In this document: positions 9,463-18,750 of the stretch, in pieces
Layout of the letters: each line of letters begins with the position of its first letter
How positions within the stretch are numbered: the stretch's first letter is position 1
NCBI GenBank assembly: GCA_963699545.1
Contig: CAVOUE010000009.1
Span: 128,001 to 192,000, forward strand
DNA length: 64,000 nt
Reading direction: 5' to 3'
DNA from: Nitrospirota bacterium
GTDB taxonomy: Bacteria > Nitrospirota > Thermodesulfovibrionia > Thermodesulfovibrionales > UBA9159
Notes under the pieces: generated by a model
What the model saw: the letters and a program-made list of their open reading frames with translations, nothing else
What the model was told of the DNA's origin: nothing
Database searches by the model: none
Program-made: the position numbers and the translations under genes

Positions 9463-10713
9463 GTGAAAAGATTGCTAAGATCCTTGAGAAGGGTTCCTGT
9501 TCTGCTGATCGCCTTCACTCTGCCGGTCCTCCTCATAGCGAGGAAGGCACCAGCAGAAACAGAGACCTTCAAGGAAATGCACCTGTGGAGCGAAGGAGAT
9601 ATCCAGGTCCTTCGCTCCTTTTCTCTCTCCTCCCTTCCGCCTCTGCCAAAGGACCCTTCCAATGCCTATGCTGACGATCCCCGGGCAATAGAGCTCGGCA
9701 AGAAGCTCTTCTTCGATAAGAGGCTCAGCGCCAACGGCAAGGTCTCCTGCGGAACATGCCATAACCCGGACATGAGCTTCACGGACAGTCTTCCCCTTGC
9801 AAAGGGCATGGGTACGACAACGAGGCGGACAATGCCTCTCATCGGCTCTGCATACAACGCATGGTTCTTCTGGGACGGCAGAAAGGACAGCCTCTGGTCA
9901 CAGGCGATCGGACCCATCGAAAGCGCCGTGGAGCACGGTTTCACCAGGGCGATGTGCGCACACCTCATTACCGACAGATACAAGAGCGAATATGAGCAGA
10001 TCTTCGGGACACTGCCGAAAATAGACCATAAGAACTGCCCTCCCCTTGCAAGCCCCGGAACAGGCAACCCTGCTGCACTGAAGGCGTGGAAAGCAATGAA
10101 GCCCGCGGACAGGGATGTGGTGAACAGGATCTATGCCAACATCGGAAAGGCGATCGCTGCCTATGTAAGACGGATACTGCCGCAGCCGGCACCCTTTGAC
10201 CGGTACGTTGAAGCAGTGGCCAAGAACGACCCTGAAGGGGCGGACAGGCTCATCAGCCATGATGCGGTTGAGGGGTTGCGGCTCTTCACCGGCAAGGCGA
10301 AATGTACGAATTGCCACTTGGGACCGCTCTTCACAAACAGCAGCTTCCACAACGTTGGACTGAGCAACCCCAAGGACAAGGGAAGAGCAGAGGGCATCGG
10401 AAAGGTCCTTTCCGATGAGTTCAACTGCTTCGGCAAGTACAGCGATGCGAAGCCTGAAGAATGCCCGGAGCTGAGGTTCATTGACACGAACAGGTCAAAG
10501 TATGCCGGAGCGTTCAAAACGCCCACCTTGCGGAATGTTGCCGCAAGGCCGCCCTACATGCATGACGGGCAGCTGAAGACCCTTGCCGAGGTCATGAACT
10601 TTTACCGGCGGAGCGGAAGCCATGAGCTTGGGCATCAGGACCTCACCAATGAAGAGCTTTCGAAGATAGAAGCGTTCCTGAAGACCCTGAGCTCGCCTCT
10701 GAGCTATCCGTAG
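9463..10713 (+). CDS. Di-haem cytochrome c peroxidase family protein (MauG/MbnH-like)
   Basis: LGKKLFFD, CGTCH, FFWDGR, CTNCH, FKTPTLRNV, PYMHDG. Confidence 0.9.
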   Translation: MKRLLRSLRRVPVLLIAFTLPVLLIARKAPAETETFKEMHLWSEGDIQVLRSFSLSSLPPLPKDPSNAYADDPRAIELGKKLFFDKRLSANGKVSCGTCHNPDMSFTDSLPLAKGMGTTTRRTMPLIGSAYNAWFFWDGRKDSLWSQAIGPIESAVEHGFTRAMCAHLITDRYKSEYEQIFGTLPKIDHKNCPPLASPGTGNPAALKAWKAMKPADRDVVNRIYANIGKAIAAYVRRILPQPAPFDRYVEAVAKNDPEGADRLISHDAVEGLRLFTGKAKCTNCHLGPLFTNSSFHNVGLSNPKDKGRAEGIGKVLSDEFNCFGKYSDAKPEECPELRFIDTNRSKYAGAFKTPTLRNVAARPPYMHDGQLKTLAEVMNFYRRSGSHELGHQDLTNEELSKIEAFLKTLSSPLSYP

Positions 10714-10873
10714 CAGCTCTGTCCACATTGTCCTTTGTCCGCCTGACCCGCGTGAGCCGGAGGATCCCGAGCTTTTCTTGCGGCTGGGGCATTCTTTGTT
10801 GACTTGAATATTGAAAAGATGTTAATAGAATAGTGTTTGCATGGAATTATGAATAAGGAGGAAACGAAGGAAC

Positions 10874-11461
10874 ATGGCGGAAGTCGAACTCCCGAATACC
10901 GAAGAACTGGAAGAGATCAGGTCCAAGACCTTTACAAAACGGGTGGCGCTTGTCACCGCCATCTTTGCGGTCATGCTCGCCGTTTCCTCCCTCGGCGGGA
11001 ACAATGCGATGAAAGAGATGCTTCTCGCTCAGCAGCAGTCCTCTGACCAGTGGGCGTTCTACCAGGCAAAGGTGGTCCGCGAGCATCTCTACCGGAGCCA
11101 GAAGATGCGTATAGAAGCCGACCTCATGGAACGGGGCACGACCATGAAGCCGGAGATGCGGAAGCACTATGAATCCATGCTCAGGAAGATGAATGAGGAA
11201 GAGGCCCGGTATAGCAAAGAGAAGAAAGAGATCGAGCAGGAGGCGAAGAAGCTTGAACACGAGCGGGACATCAACAGGAGCAAAGACCCCTATTTCGACT
11301 ACGCAGAAGTGCTCCTCCAGATCTCCATTGTGATGGCCTCCATCTCCATACTGGCGGTCTCCCGTCATGTGTTCTATTTTGCCATCGTGCTCGCCTCTCT
11401 TGGAGCACTCATGGGCCTCAACGGATTCCTGCTCATTTTCAAGATCCCTTTCTTGCATTAA
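10874..11461 (+). CDS. DUF4337-like membrane protein
   Basis: TM segment, DQWAFYQAK, coiled coil, then LLQISIV and two TM segments. Confidence 0.75.
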   Translation: MAEVELPNTEELEEIRSKTFTKRVALVTAIFAVMLAVSSLGGNNAMKEMLLAQQQSSDQWAFYQAKVVREHLYRSQKMRIEADLMERGTTMKPEMRKHYESMLRKMNEEEARYSKEKKEIEQEAKKLEHERDINRSKDPYFDYAEVLLQISIVMASISILAVSRHVFYFAIVLASLGALMGLNGFLLIFKIPFLH

Positions 11462-11474
11462 GAGTGTTGGGATA

Positions 11475-13025
11475 ATGAAAAATAAAAGAGTTCCCGGCAG
11501 AGCCGCAGTAACCTTATTGTGCATTTTCCTCCTCTCCTTCTCCTCCGCCTATGCCGAAGAGACGGTCATACGCATTCTTCATATCAATGATTTCCACGGC
11601 TTCGCGGAGCCATACATGCCGCTTGGGTCAGAGGAGATGCGGGGCGGTATCGCATATCTCGCGGCAAAGGTGGATGCCCTCCGCAAAGAGAAGCCGACCC
11701 TCCTGCTCTCGGCCGGGGACATGATCCAGGGCGACAACTGGGCAAACCTCTTCCAGGGTGAATCCGTGATTGAACTCATGAACGCCATGAACTTTGACGC
11801 CATGGTCCTGGGGAATCATGAATTCGATTTCGGGCAGGAGGTGCTCGGGAAGCGAATTTCAGAGGCCCGTTTCCCTGTCCTCGGGGCGAATGTCCGGGGG
11901 CTCGACATGCTGAAACCGTTCGCTGTAAAGGAGATCAGCGGGGTCAGGATCGCGATTATCGGAGTCGTGACAGACGACACCCCGGCGACGACACATCCGC
12001 GGAACGTGACCGGCCTGAAATTCGAACTGCCTGCAGATGCCGTTGAGAGATACGTGAGGGAACTGAGGCAAACGGCAGATATTGTCATTGTCCTTTCTCA
12101 CATTGGGTATTCCGCTGACAGGATACTGGCGGAAAAGGTGGATGGGATAGATGTCATCGTCGGCGGGCATTCCCATACAAAGATAGAAAAGCCGGTCATG
12201 CTCGGCAAAACAGTGATCGTTCAGGCGTGGGAGCACGGAAAGGCCCTCGGCGTGTTAGACCTCACCGTGCGGGACCGAAAGATATCAGGCTTCGAAGGTC
12301 ATCTTGAAGAGATCGGACCGGTTCCGGGCGAGGGAGACAGGGGCGTTCTGGCGATCGTTGAGAAGTATGAACGAAAGAGCGATACGGCGTTGAATGAAAA
12401 AGCAGGTGAGACCGAAGTCGACCTCGATGGAGAGAATGCGAGGAGGAAAGAGACCAATCTCGGCGATCTCGTTGCGGATGTGATGAGGCTGGTATCCGGT
12501 GCAGATGCAGCTATTGGCAATGGCGGGGCCATCAGGACGAACATAAAGAAAGGCGAGATACGGGTGAAGGACATCTATGCTGTCCTGCCGTTTGACAGTT
12601 ACGTCGTTGCCATCAGGCTCACGGGAAAGCAGATAAGGGAAGCGCTGGAACATGGGGTATCGGCCATAGAGGAAGGAAGCGGAAGGTTTCCCCAGGTATC
12701 AGGCATTTCCTTCACCTATGCCCCCTCTGAAAAGGAGGGTGCGCGGGTGAAGGATATCTTCATTGCGGGGAAGCCCCTGGAACCCGACAGGGAATACACC
12801 GTTGCCACCAACGACTTTCTGGCTGCCGGAGGCGACGGGTACAAGGTCTTTGGAGATGCCATAAGGTCTTCAGTGGATTTCTCCAATATCGGCGGGACAC
12901 TGAAAGGTGAAAAGCTCGTGTACAGCGATTCCGGCAGGTGGCTGAAGGATATAGTCGGTGACTATATAAGAGAGAAAAAGAAAATAGCGCCCGGGGTCGA
13001 GGGCAGGATAAGGGAGATACGTTGA
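11475..13025 (+). CDS. Periplasmic 5'-nucleotidase / UDP-sugar hydrolase
   Basis: Signal peptide; HINDFHG, AGD, GNHEFD, GGHSH, NGGAIR, FPQVSG. Confidence 0.92.
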   Translation: MKNKRVPGRAAVTLLCIFLLSFSSAYAEETVIRILHINDFHGFAEPYMPLGSEEMRGGIAYLAAKVDALRKEKPTLLLSAGDMIQGDNWANLFQGESVIELMNAMNFDAMVLGNHEFDFGQEVLGKRISEARFPVLGANVRGLDMLKPFAVKEISGVRIAIIGVVTDDTPATTHPRNVTGLKFELPADAVERYVRELRQTADIVIVLSHIGYSADRILAEKVDGIDVIVGGHSHTKIEKPVMLGKTVIVQAWEHGKALGVLDLTVRDRKISGFEGHLEEIGPVPGEGDRGVLAIVEKYERKSDTALNEKAGETEVDLDGENARRKETNLGDLVADVMRLVSGADAAIGNGGAIRTNIKKGEIRVKDIYAVLPFDSYVVAIRLTGKQIREALEHGVSAIEEGSGRFPQVSGISFTYAPSEKEGARVKDIFIAGKPLEPDREYTVATNDFLAAGGDGYKVFGDAIRSSVDFSNIGGTLKGEKLVYSDSGRWLKDIVGDYIREKKKIAPGVEGRIREIR

Positions 13026-13031
13026 GGCACC

Positions 13032-13214
13032 ATGAGAGTTTATGTGAATGATGAACCCGTTGATATCCTTCCCGGAATGACGGTAAGGCATGCTCTCATC
13101 GGCGCCGGACTTTTGGGAGGGATCGAAATATCCGGGAAGACATACGATGAGTGGGGAAATGAGATTGGGCTGGACGGAGCCCTGACCGAGGGGATGAAGC
13201 TATATCTGAAATAA
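13032..13214 (+). CDS. Small beta-grasp (ThiS/MoaD-like) protein without C-terminal GG
   Basis: MRVYVND...GMTVRHAL...DGALTEGMKLYLK; starts 6 nt after the nucleotidase stop. Confidence 0.55.
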   Translation: MRVYVNDEPVDILPGMTVRHALIGAGLLGGIEISGKTYDEWGNEIGLDGALTEGMKLYLK

Positions 13215-13310
13215 AGAAGGGTGCGTCCCCGCGAGAATGTGCTTGCCTTTCTCTTTTCCTGTTCCCCGAAGAGTTGACAGAGCGCCTCCGGCCGTATACA
13301 ATCACCACAC

Positions 13311-13988
13311 ATGGCTGACGGACATCGCGCAGATAATCAGTCACTCGATAGTTTCGAGCGGGAATTGACGAGGGCCGAAGACCGCCTTCTCGCGCGTCTC
13401 GACAGTCCCGCCAAGATCCAGCTTCTCCTTGACGGCCTTGCCTATGCCGCCAAAACCGTGTACCGTGCTCCGCTTCGGGTACTGCGGGAGCGGACCTGCC
13501 AGTGCTTCGACGGCGCCGTCTTCGGCGCCGCCATGCTGCGCCGTCTCGGGTATCCTGCGCTGGTCCTGAACCTTTTACCCAACAACCGTGACGACGACCA
13601 CGTGCTCGCGTTGTTCCGTCGGGACGGGCACTGGGGAGCGGTCGCGAAATCGAACTTTGTGAACCTGCGGTTCCGGGAGGCAGTGTACGGCACCGTGCGG
13701 GAACTGGTCATGTCGTACTTCGAGCACTACTACAACATACAGCGCGAGAAGACCCTTCGCGGCTATACCCGTCCCCTCGACCTGAAGACCTTTGACCGCC
13801 GCCGGTGGATGACGCTGGACGAGACGATGGAGCTGATCTCACAGCGGCTGGACGAGATCCGCAGGGTGCATCTCCTCACAAAGCCCATGATCGCACGGCT
13901 CTCGCCGCTGGATGTCCTCTCCTGCCGGGCAGGCCTCCTCGGCGCGAGCAAGGCGGGTCTGTACAGGCCGCCGCGCAGGAAACGCTGA
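13311..13988 (+). CDS. Conserved hypothetical protein, possible transglutaminase/papain-like fold
   Basis: CFDGA, DDDHVLALF and WGAVAKSN; TTGACA-17-TACAAT promoter at 13274-13302. Confidence 0.6.
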   Translation: MADGHRADNQSLDSFERELTRAEDRLLARLDSPAKIQLLLDGLAYAAKTVYRAPLRVLRERTCQCFDGAVFGAAMLRRLGYPALVLNLLPNNRDDDHVLALFRRDGHWGAVAKSNFVNLRFREAVYGTVRELVMSYFEHYYNIQREKTLRGYTRPLDLKTFDRRRWMTLDETMELISQRLDEIRRVHLLTKPMIARLSPLDVLSCRAGLLGASKAGLYRPPRRKR

Positions 13989-14053
13989 TACCGGAGATAG
14001 GGATGTTCTCCGTAATCTCTTCGTTCGATGTGAAACAAGGCTGTTCCATCCGG

Positions 14054-14812
14054 CTACCTTTTGTGACAATATACGCAGAGATCAAAGGCTGTCTTTGCCT
14101 TGAATCGGTAAAGCGCGGGGCTGTCTGCGCTGTGTGGATCATGGCAGCTTCCGCAGTAAAAAGGCATCCCGGGCCGTGCAGGGTCCTCGATCCACTTCTC
14201 TGACCCATTTTTTTCGGTTAAGCCAATGGGGTGTGCCGAAGAGCCTGCCGCTGCTATTACATGGGGACGTTTCGCGACAGCAGGATGACACTGCAGACAC
14301 AGATCGACCGGGCTGCTCACGAGCAGAGCCACAGTATTGGCGGCATGAGGAGTATGACAGCTCAGGCACGTCCCCTTTGCCACCGGAGGGTGGATATGCT
14401 TTTTCTTGAAGTCCGCCTTTGGATGGCACGCAAAACAGAGAGCCGGAACTTGCTTGACAAGCAGTTTTTTGTACGGTGAAGAATGGGGGTCGTGGCAGTT
14501 CGTGCACCCTGTTCCAAGGGGCGGATGTACGGTCTTTCCGGCAAATGGTGCCCTGTCGTGACATCCATAGCACAGGTCGGGCTGATCTGTTGAGAGACCG
14601 AAGCGGTTCGCGGCTGTCTTCGCATGCGGCACTTTCGGGGATCCTATAGCCGAGTGGCAAGACGGGCATCCCAGGCCGACGGCTGGATGAACTATTTTCC
14701 GGCTTACGAGTTTTGTGTGACATCCGCGGCAATCCTTCGAAACGGGTGCAGCGCTGGTCTCCGACGCGAGCAAGACCACGATCAATAGAGCAAACACGTC
14801 GACGATCGACAT
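14054..14812 (-). CDS. Multihaem c-type cytochrome (9 CxxCH; doubled CxxCH/cytochrome c3-like family)
   Basis: CRGCH, CPSCH, CYGCH, CTNCH, CFACH, CLSCH, CLQCH, CGSCH, CVYCH; signal peptide from MSIVDV. Confidence 0.88.
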   Translation of the reverse strand: MSIVDVFALLIVVLLASETSAAPVSKDCRGCHTKLVSRKIVHPAVGLGCPSCHSAIGSPKVPHAKTAANRFGLSTDQPDLCYGCHDRAPFAGKTVHPPLGTGCTNCHDPHSSPYKKLLVKQVPALCFACHPKADFKKKHIHPPVAKGTCLSCHTPHAANTVALLVSSPVDLCLQCHPAVAKRPHVIAAAGSSAHPIGLTEKNGSEKWIEDPARPGMPFYCGSCHDPHSADSPALYRFKAKTAFDLCVYCHKR

Positions 14813-15109
14813 AGGCGATATGCCCCCAACAAATTGCTGAGACGTGCAGGTCTTCCAACGCATGTCTTCTGCTCATTGTAGCACACAACACGGTCGACAT
14901 CGCTCCGGGGTGAACCAATATGGTTGACAGAGTACACGCCTGACATCCCAAACATTTTTTTCTGTGTTTACGGTTGTGGTGACGTGCAGGGGAAATGCAT
15001 ACTTCCATCATCCTGGTCAGCGTGCTAAACTGATTGTAGAGGAATTATCCGGACCGGGCAGCCGTCCGGGATTAAGATGGCACGAGAAAAAGGGTTGTAA
15101 GGAGGGGGT

Positions 15110-15406
15110 ATGAAAAAATGTATCTGTTTCAGTATCTGCTCTTTGTTCCTGCTGGCGGGAGCACCCGCTTACGCTTTGACCAGCGCATGGGAAAGGCACT
15201 GTGAGGCTTGCCATGACGGGCAAACCATACTCAACGGCAGAGTTGTAATTGATAGAGAACAGATGAGAGCAAAATACACGAACCTTCAGGAATTCGTGAA
15301 TACCTGCGGAGGTTCTTCATCATGCATGAATATATTGAAGCACGACAAGAAATTACTAAGGGAGGTGGGTAAGGAGATTGGTCTGAAAGACACTCCCAGG
15401 AAATAA
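15110..15406 (+). CDS. Small exported mono-haem cytochrome c
   Basis: Signal peptide ending AYA; CEACH; extra C-x4-C; SD GGAGG. Confidence 0.75.
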   Translation: MKKCICFSICSLFLLAGAPAYALTSAWERHCEACHDGQTILNGRVVIDREQMRAKYTNLQEFVNTCGGSSSCMNILKHDKKLLREVGKEIGLKDTPRK

Positions 15407-15433
15407 GGACTCGCAGCACACCTCAGCCCGCTT

Positions 15434-16063
15434 TCATATCTTCAGGGCCTTTACCTCCAGGTCTTTCATCCTGCCTCGAATCCATTTGAGGATATCGTCA
15501 TAGGATGGGGGCGTCACAAGGAAGATTTCGATGTCGGGAGGAAGCTGCAGCCGCATCCGGTCCTCGTCCCTCATGATGAGCATGCCCGCTTCACCCTCCA
15601 GGAGGTTAGCCTCTATCACCTCTTTTGCATGCTGAAGCCTTTGATCGACAAGTTCCGAGTAGAACCCCATGATCTTCCCAAAGACTTCCTTTGTCCTCAC
15701 GATAGTAAGACAGTTCGCCCAATCAAGAAAAGGGCCGAGTATCTCTTCCTTCTCGAGGGGCAACAGAATAGCCCCCTCCCCCATCTTTTTCTGTATAACC
15801 TGCAGCGCCCGTTCATTGGCCTTTGCCAGGACGTCGAAGGCCTCATCTCCCGGGGAGGTGATATGTTCACAGAAGACCTTTGTGACCTTCCCCACCACCT
15901 CGAGTCTCTCCAGGTGCTTTACCACCTCATCCCAGTATTTCTCGAAGAGCCCCCGGTAGTCCTCCGGCGCATCCTCCATTGAATAAATGCTGGGTACACA
16001 GTAGAGCTTTCTCTTTGCGATAAATCCCTCGGCAGCAGGCCTCTCTATCCGTCCCAGTTCCAT
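15434..16063 (-). CDS. Hypothetical protein
   Basis: 209-aa ORF with a strong SD (AGGAGGAG). Confidence 0.7.
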   Translation of the reverse strand: MELGRIERPAAEGFIAKRKLYCVPSIYSMEDAPEDYRGLFEKYWDEVVKHLERLEVVGKVTKVFCEHITSPGDEAFDVLAKANERALQVIQKKMGEGAILLPLEKEEILGPFLDWANCLTIVRTKEVFGKIMGFYSELVDQRLQHAKEVIEANLLEGEAGMLIMRDEDRMRLQLPPDIEIFLVTPPSYDDILKWIRGRMKDLEVKALKI

Positions 16064-16120
16064 CGTACTGACTCCTCCTTCACACTTGTATTCCTGTGAT
16101 CTCCCTGCAGGTCAGGCTTC

Positions 16121-16547
16121 CTATCGTATGTAATACCCTGACACCCTCCACTTCCCATCCTTGTCCAGCATGGGAGTAACGGTTCTCCACTGCGGATTTC
16201 TTATTCTCAAAGGAAGTATCGTACTGAATGACCACATATTCTCCATCAGGAGCGCCGGGCAGCGATCTTGTATATTGCTTCGCTTTGACACTCCTTGAGA
16301 CCAGTTTCCCCAGGGGCTTCCTCACCGCCGTCAGCGATTCCTGCCACTTCTCCTTTGTCACGGCAGCCCTGAACATCTGCGCAGACTCGCCCCAGCTCTC
16401 AGCGTACTTCCCTCCATCCACTAATGCGAGCCACTGGGATGCGGCCTTTACCGCCGTGTCCTCGGCATTTTGACCTGCCCCCGCAGGGGCGACCGCCAAG
16501 ATGAGCAAGGAAACTAATAAAAGGAAAACGCCTGTTGCTGCTTTCAT
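16121..16547 (-). CDS. DUF4019-like exported protein; +1 frameshift near 16185
   Basis: WLALVDGGKY, RKPLGK, PGAPDGEYVVIQYDTSF; the alternative frame continues TVTPMLDKDGKWRVSGYYIR*. Confidence 0.8.
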
Positions 16548-16848
16548 GTTTATGTCCTTTCTGGCCCCGGACGTATTTTTGCCGCCGACCGGTGCAGCCA
16601 TCAAGATTATACCCTTTTTCGGTCTGAAAATCCTGTCAGGAACTCCGCGGCAAGGCCGCAGGGTCCTCTACGCAACGACTGCTTCCTTGTTCTAATGAAA
16701 ATTACCCTCCCTTTTGTATAAAATAGGAGCGCTGATTCCCGAGACTATAACGGATACGATACCACGTGTCTGAGGAGGAACGACGGGCGAGGTGAGATTC
16801 AGTGACAATTACCTTGATCGCCGGACTTACTCAAAGGAGGATTGACGT

Positions 16849-17673
16849 ATGGATTTTGGCATGAAGAACAGGCTCTCGCGGATATTTGGTCCCAAGACCG
16901 GAAGGACCGTCATGCTCGCGGTGGACCACGGCTACTTTCAGGGCCCGACCACAGGGCTGAAGGACATGAAAAACATTACCCCCCTCATTCCCCATGCAGA
17001 CTGTCTCTTTGTAACCAGGGGGATATTACGGAACTCCATTGACCCCAGGATTGGAACGTCCGTCTGCCTCAGGGTGTCGGGCGGTCCCAGTATCCTGAGG
17101 GAATTATCCCATGAAGATATCACCACGTCCATGGAAGAAGCCCTGAGGCTGAACGCCTCCGGCGTCGGCATGTCGATCTTTGTAGGCGCAGAGAATGAAG
17201 ACAGGACCATCGCTAACCTCGGCAGGCTGGTGAATGAGGCAGAGAGATACGGCATGCCGGTCCTCGCCATAACCGCAGTGGGCAAGGAAATGGTGAGGGA
17301 CGCGCGTTACCTCTCCCTTGCCTGCAGGATAGCGGCGGAGGTGGGAGCGCATTTCGTAAAAACCTACTATTGCGATGATTTCCACAAGGTGGTGGAGGGG
17401 TGTCCGGTTCCCATTGTCATTGCAGGGGGCAAGAAGATCCCTGAAATGGATGCCCTGCTGATGACCGAGAACGCCATCAAAGCGGGAGCGAAAGGCGTGG
17501 ACATGGGAAGGAATATATTTCAGAGCGACAACCCGGTGGGAATGATCAGGGCGGCGAGAGCCATCGTGCACAGGGGAGCTTCCGCAAAGGAAGCCTTCGA
17601 ACTTTATAAAGCGCGCAGGAAGTCAGGGACAGCGGAGATCGGGAGGATCGATGAAGACAGGGAAAAGATATAG
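16849..17673 (+). CDS. lsrF: LsrF-like class I aldolase/thiolase (DhnA family)
   Basis: MLAVDHGYFQGPTTGL, FVKTYY, IAGGKK, DMGRNIFQ. Confidence 0.85.
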   Translation: MDFGMKNRLSRIFGPKTGRTVMLAVDHGYFQGPTTGLKDMKNITPLIPHADCLFVTRGILRNSIDPRIGTSVCLRVSGGPSILRELSHEDITTSMEEALRLNASGVGMSIFVGAENEDRTIANLGRLVNEAERYGMPVLAITAVGKEMVRDARYLSLACRIAAEVGAHFVKTYYCDDFHKVVEGCPVPIVIAGGKKIPEMDALLMTENAIKAGAKGVDMGRNIFQSDNPVGMIRAARAIVHRGASAKEAFELYKARRKSGTAEIGRIDEDREKI

Positions 17674-17676
17674 TCG

Positions 17677-18700
17677 ATGAAAGTCGCGGTCTATTACAGC
17701 AATGACGATGTGCGAATAGAAGAACGTCCCGTTCCCCGCATAAATGACGCTGAGATCCTGGTGAAGATGATGGCATCCGGGATCTGCGGCACCGACGTCA
17801 TGCAGTGGTACAGGAGGGAAAAAGCGCCCCGAGTCCTGGGCCATGAAATGGCAGGTGAGGTCGTCGGGACCGGCAGCGCGGTGGAGGGATTCGGAAAAGG
17901 TGACCGCGTGTTCGTCTCCCATCATGTCCCCTGCTACCGGTGCCGTTACTGCAATGCGGGCAATTACACCGCCTGCAAATCCCTGCACACCGGGAACTAC
18001 GATCCCGGAGGGTTTTCAGAGTATATACGGGTCCCTGAAGAAAATGTGAGGTTCGGGACATTCCTCCTGCCCGGAGAAATGGCCTATGAGGACGCCGCGA
18101 TGATCGAGCCCCTGGGCTGCGTGGTTTCCGGACAGAAGGACCTCGGTCTGAAGAAGGGGCAGACCGTCGTGATCATAGGCTCCGGCATTTCCGGCCTGTT
18201 GCATCTCCAGGTGGCGAAACTGAAAGGTGCAACGGTTGTTGCGACAGATATCAGCAAGTACCGGCTTGACAGGGCCTCGGAATTCGGCGCCGACCATGTA
18301 TTCAACGCAGCGGACTATTCTGCAGACGCCTTGAAGGCCATCAATGACGGAATGCTGGCCGACCGTGTCATACTCTGTGCGGGAGCAAAACAGGCGATAG
18401 AGCATGCCGTCTCTTCCATAGACAGAAAGGGGAAGATCCTCTTTTTCGCCGTGTCCGAAGGAGAACATAACGATACCCTCCCTCAGGTTCTGGCGGGAGG
18501 AGATAGCGCTGAGCTTTTCCTACGGCGCCTCCCCTGATGATCTCCGTGAGGCAATGCATTTGATTGGGCAGGGCATGGTGGACGTACGGAAGATGGTCAC
18601 ACACAGGATCCCCCTCTCCCGGATCCAGACGGGGTTTACCTTGGTTTCAGAGGGAGGAGAATCTTTGAAGGTGGTGGTTGTTCCCGACGGTTTTGCCTGA
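17677..18700 (+). CDS. Zn-dependent alcohol/polyol dehydrogenase; frameshift near 18460
   Basis: GICGTD, GHE, CYRCRYC...C, GSGISG; the shifted frame continues ...FSYGASPDD...VTHRIPL...LKVVVVPDGFA* to 18700. Confidence 0.85.
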
Positions 18701-18750
18701 CCCTGTCTTTCATTCTGTCGCCCTCAGGTAACCTCCTGTTATAATACCTC

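Noticed and set aside
14139-15011. 290-aa minus-strand ORF overlapping the cytochrome
   Set aside because: It is an off-frame shadow with no motifs.
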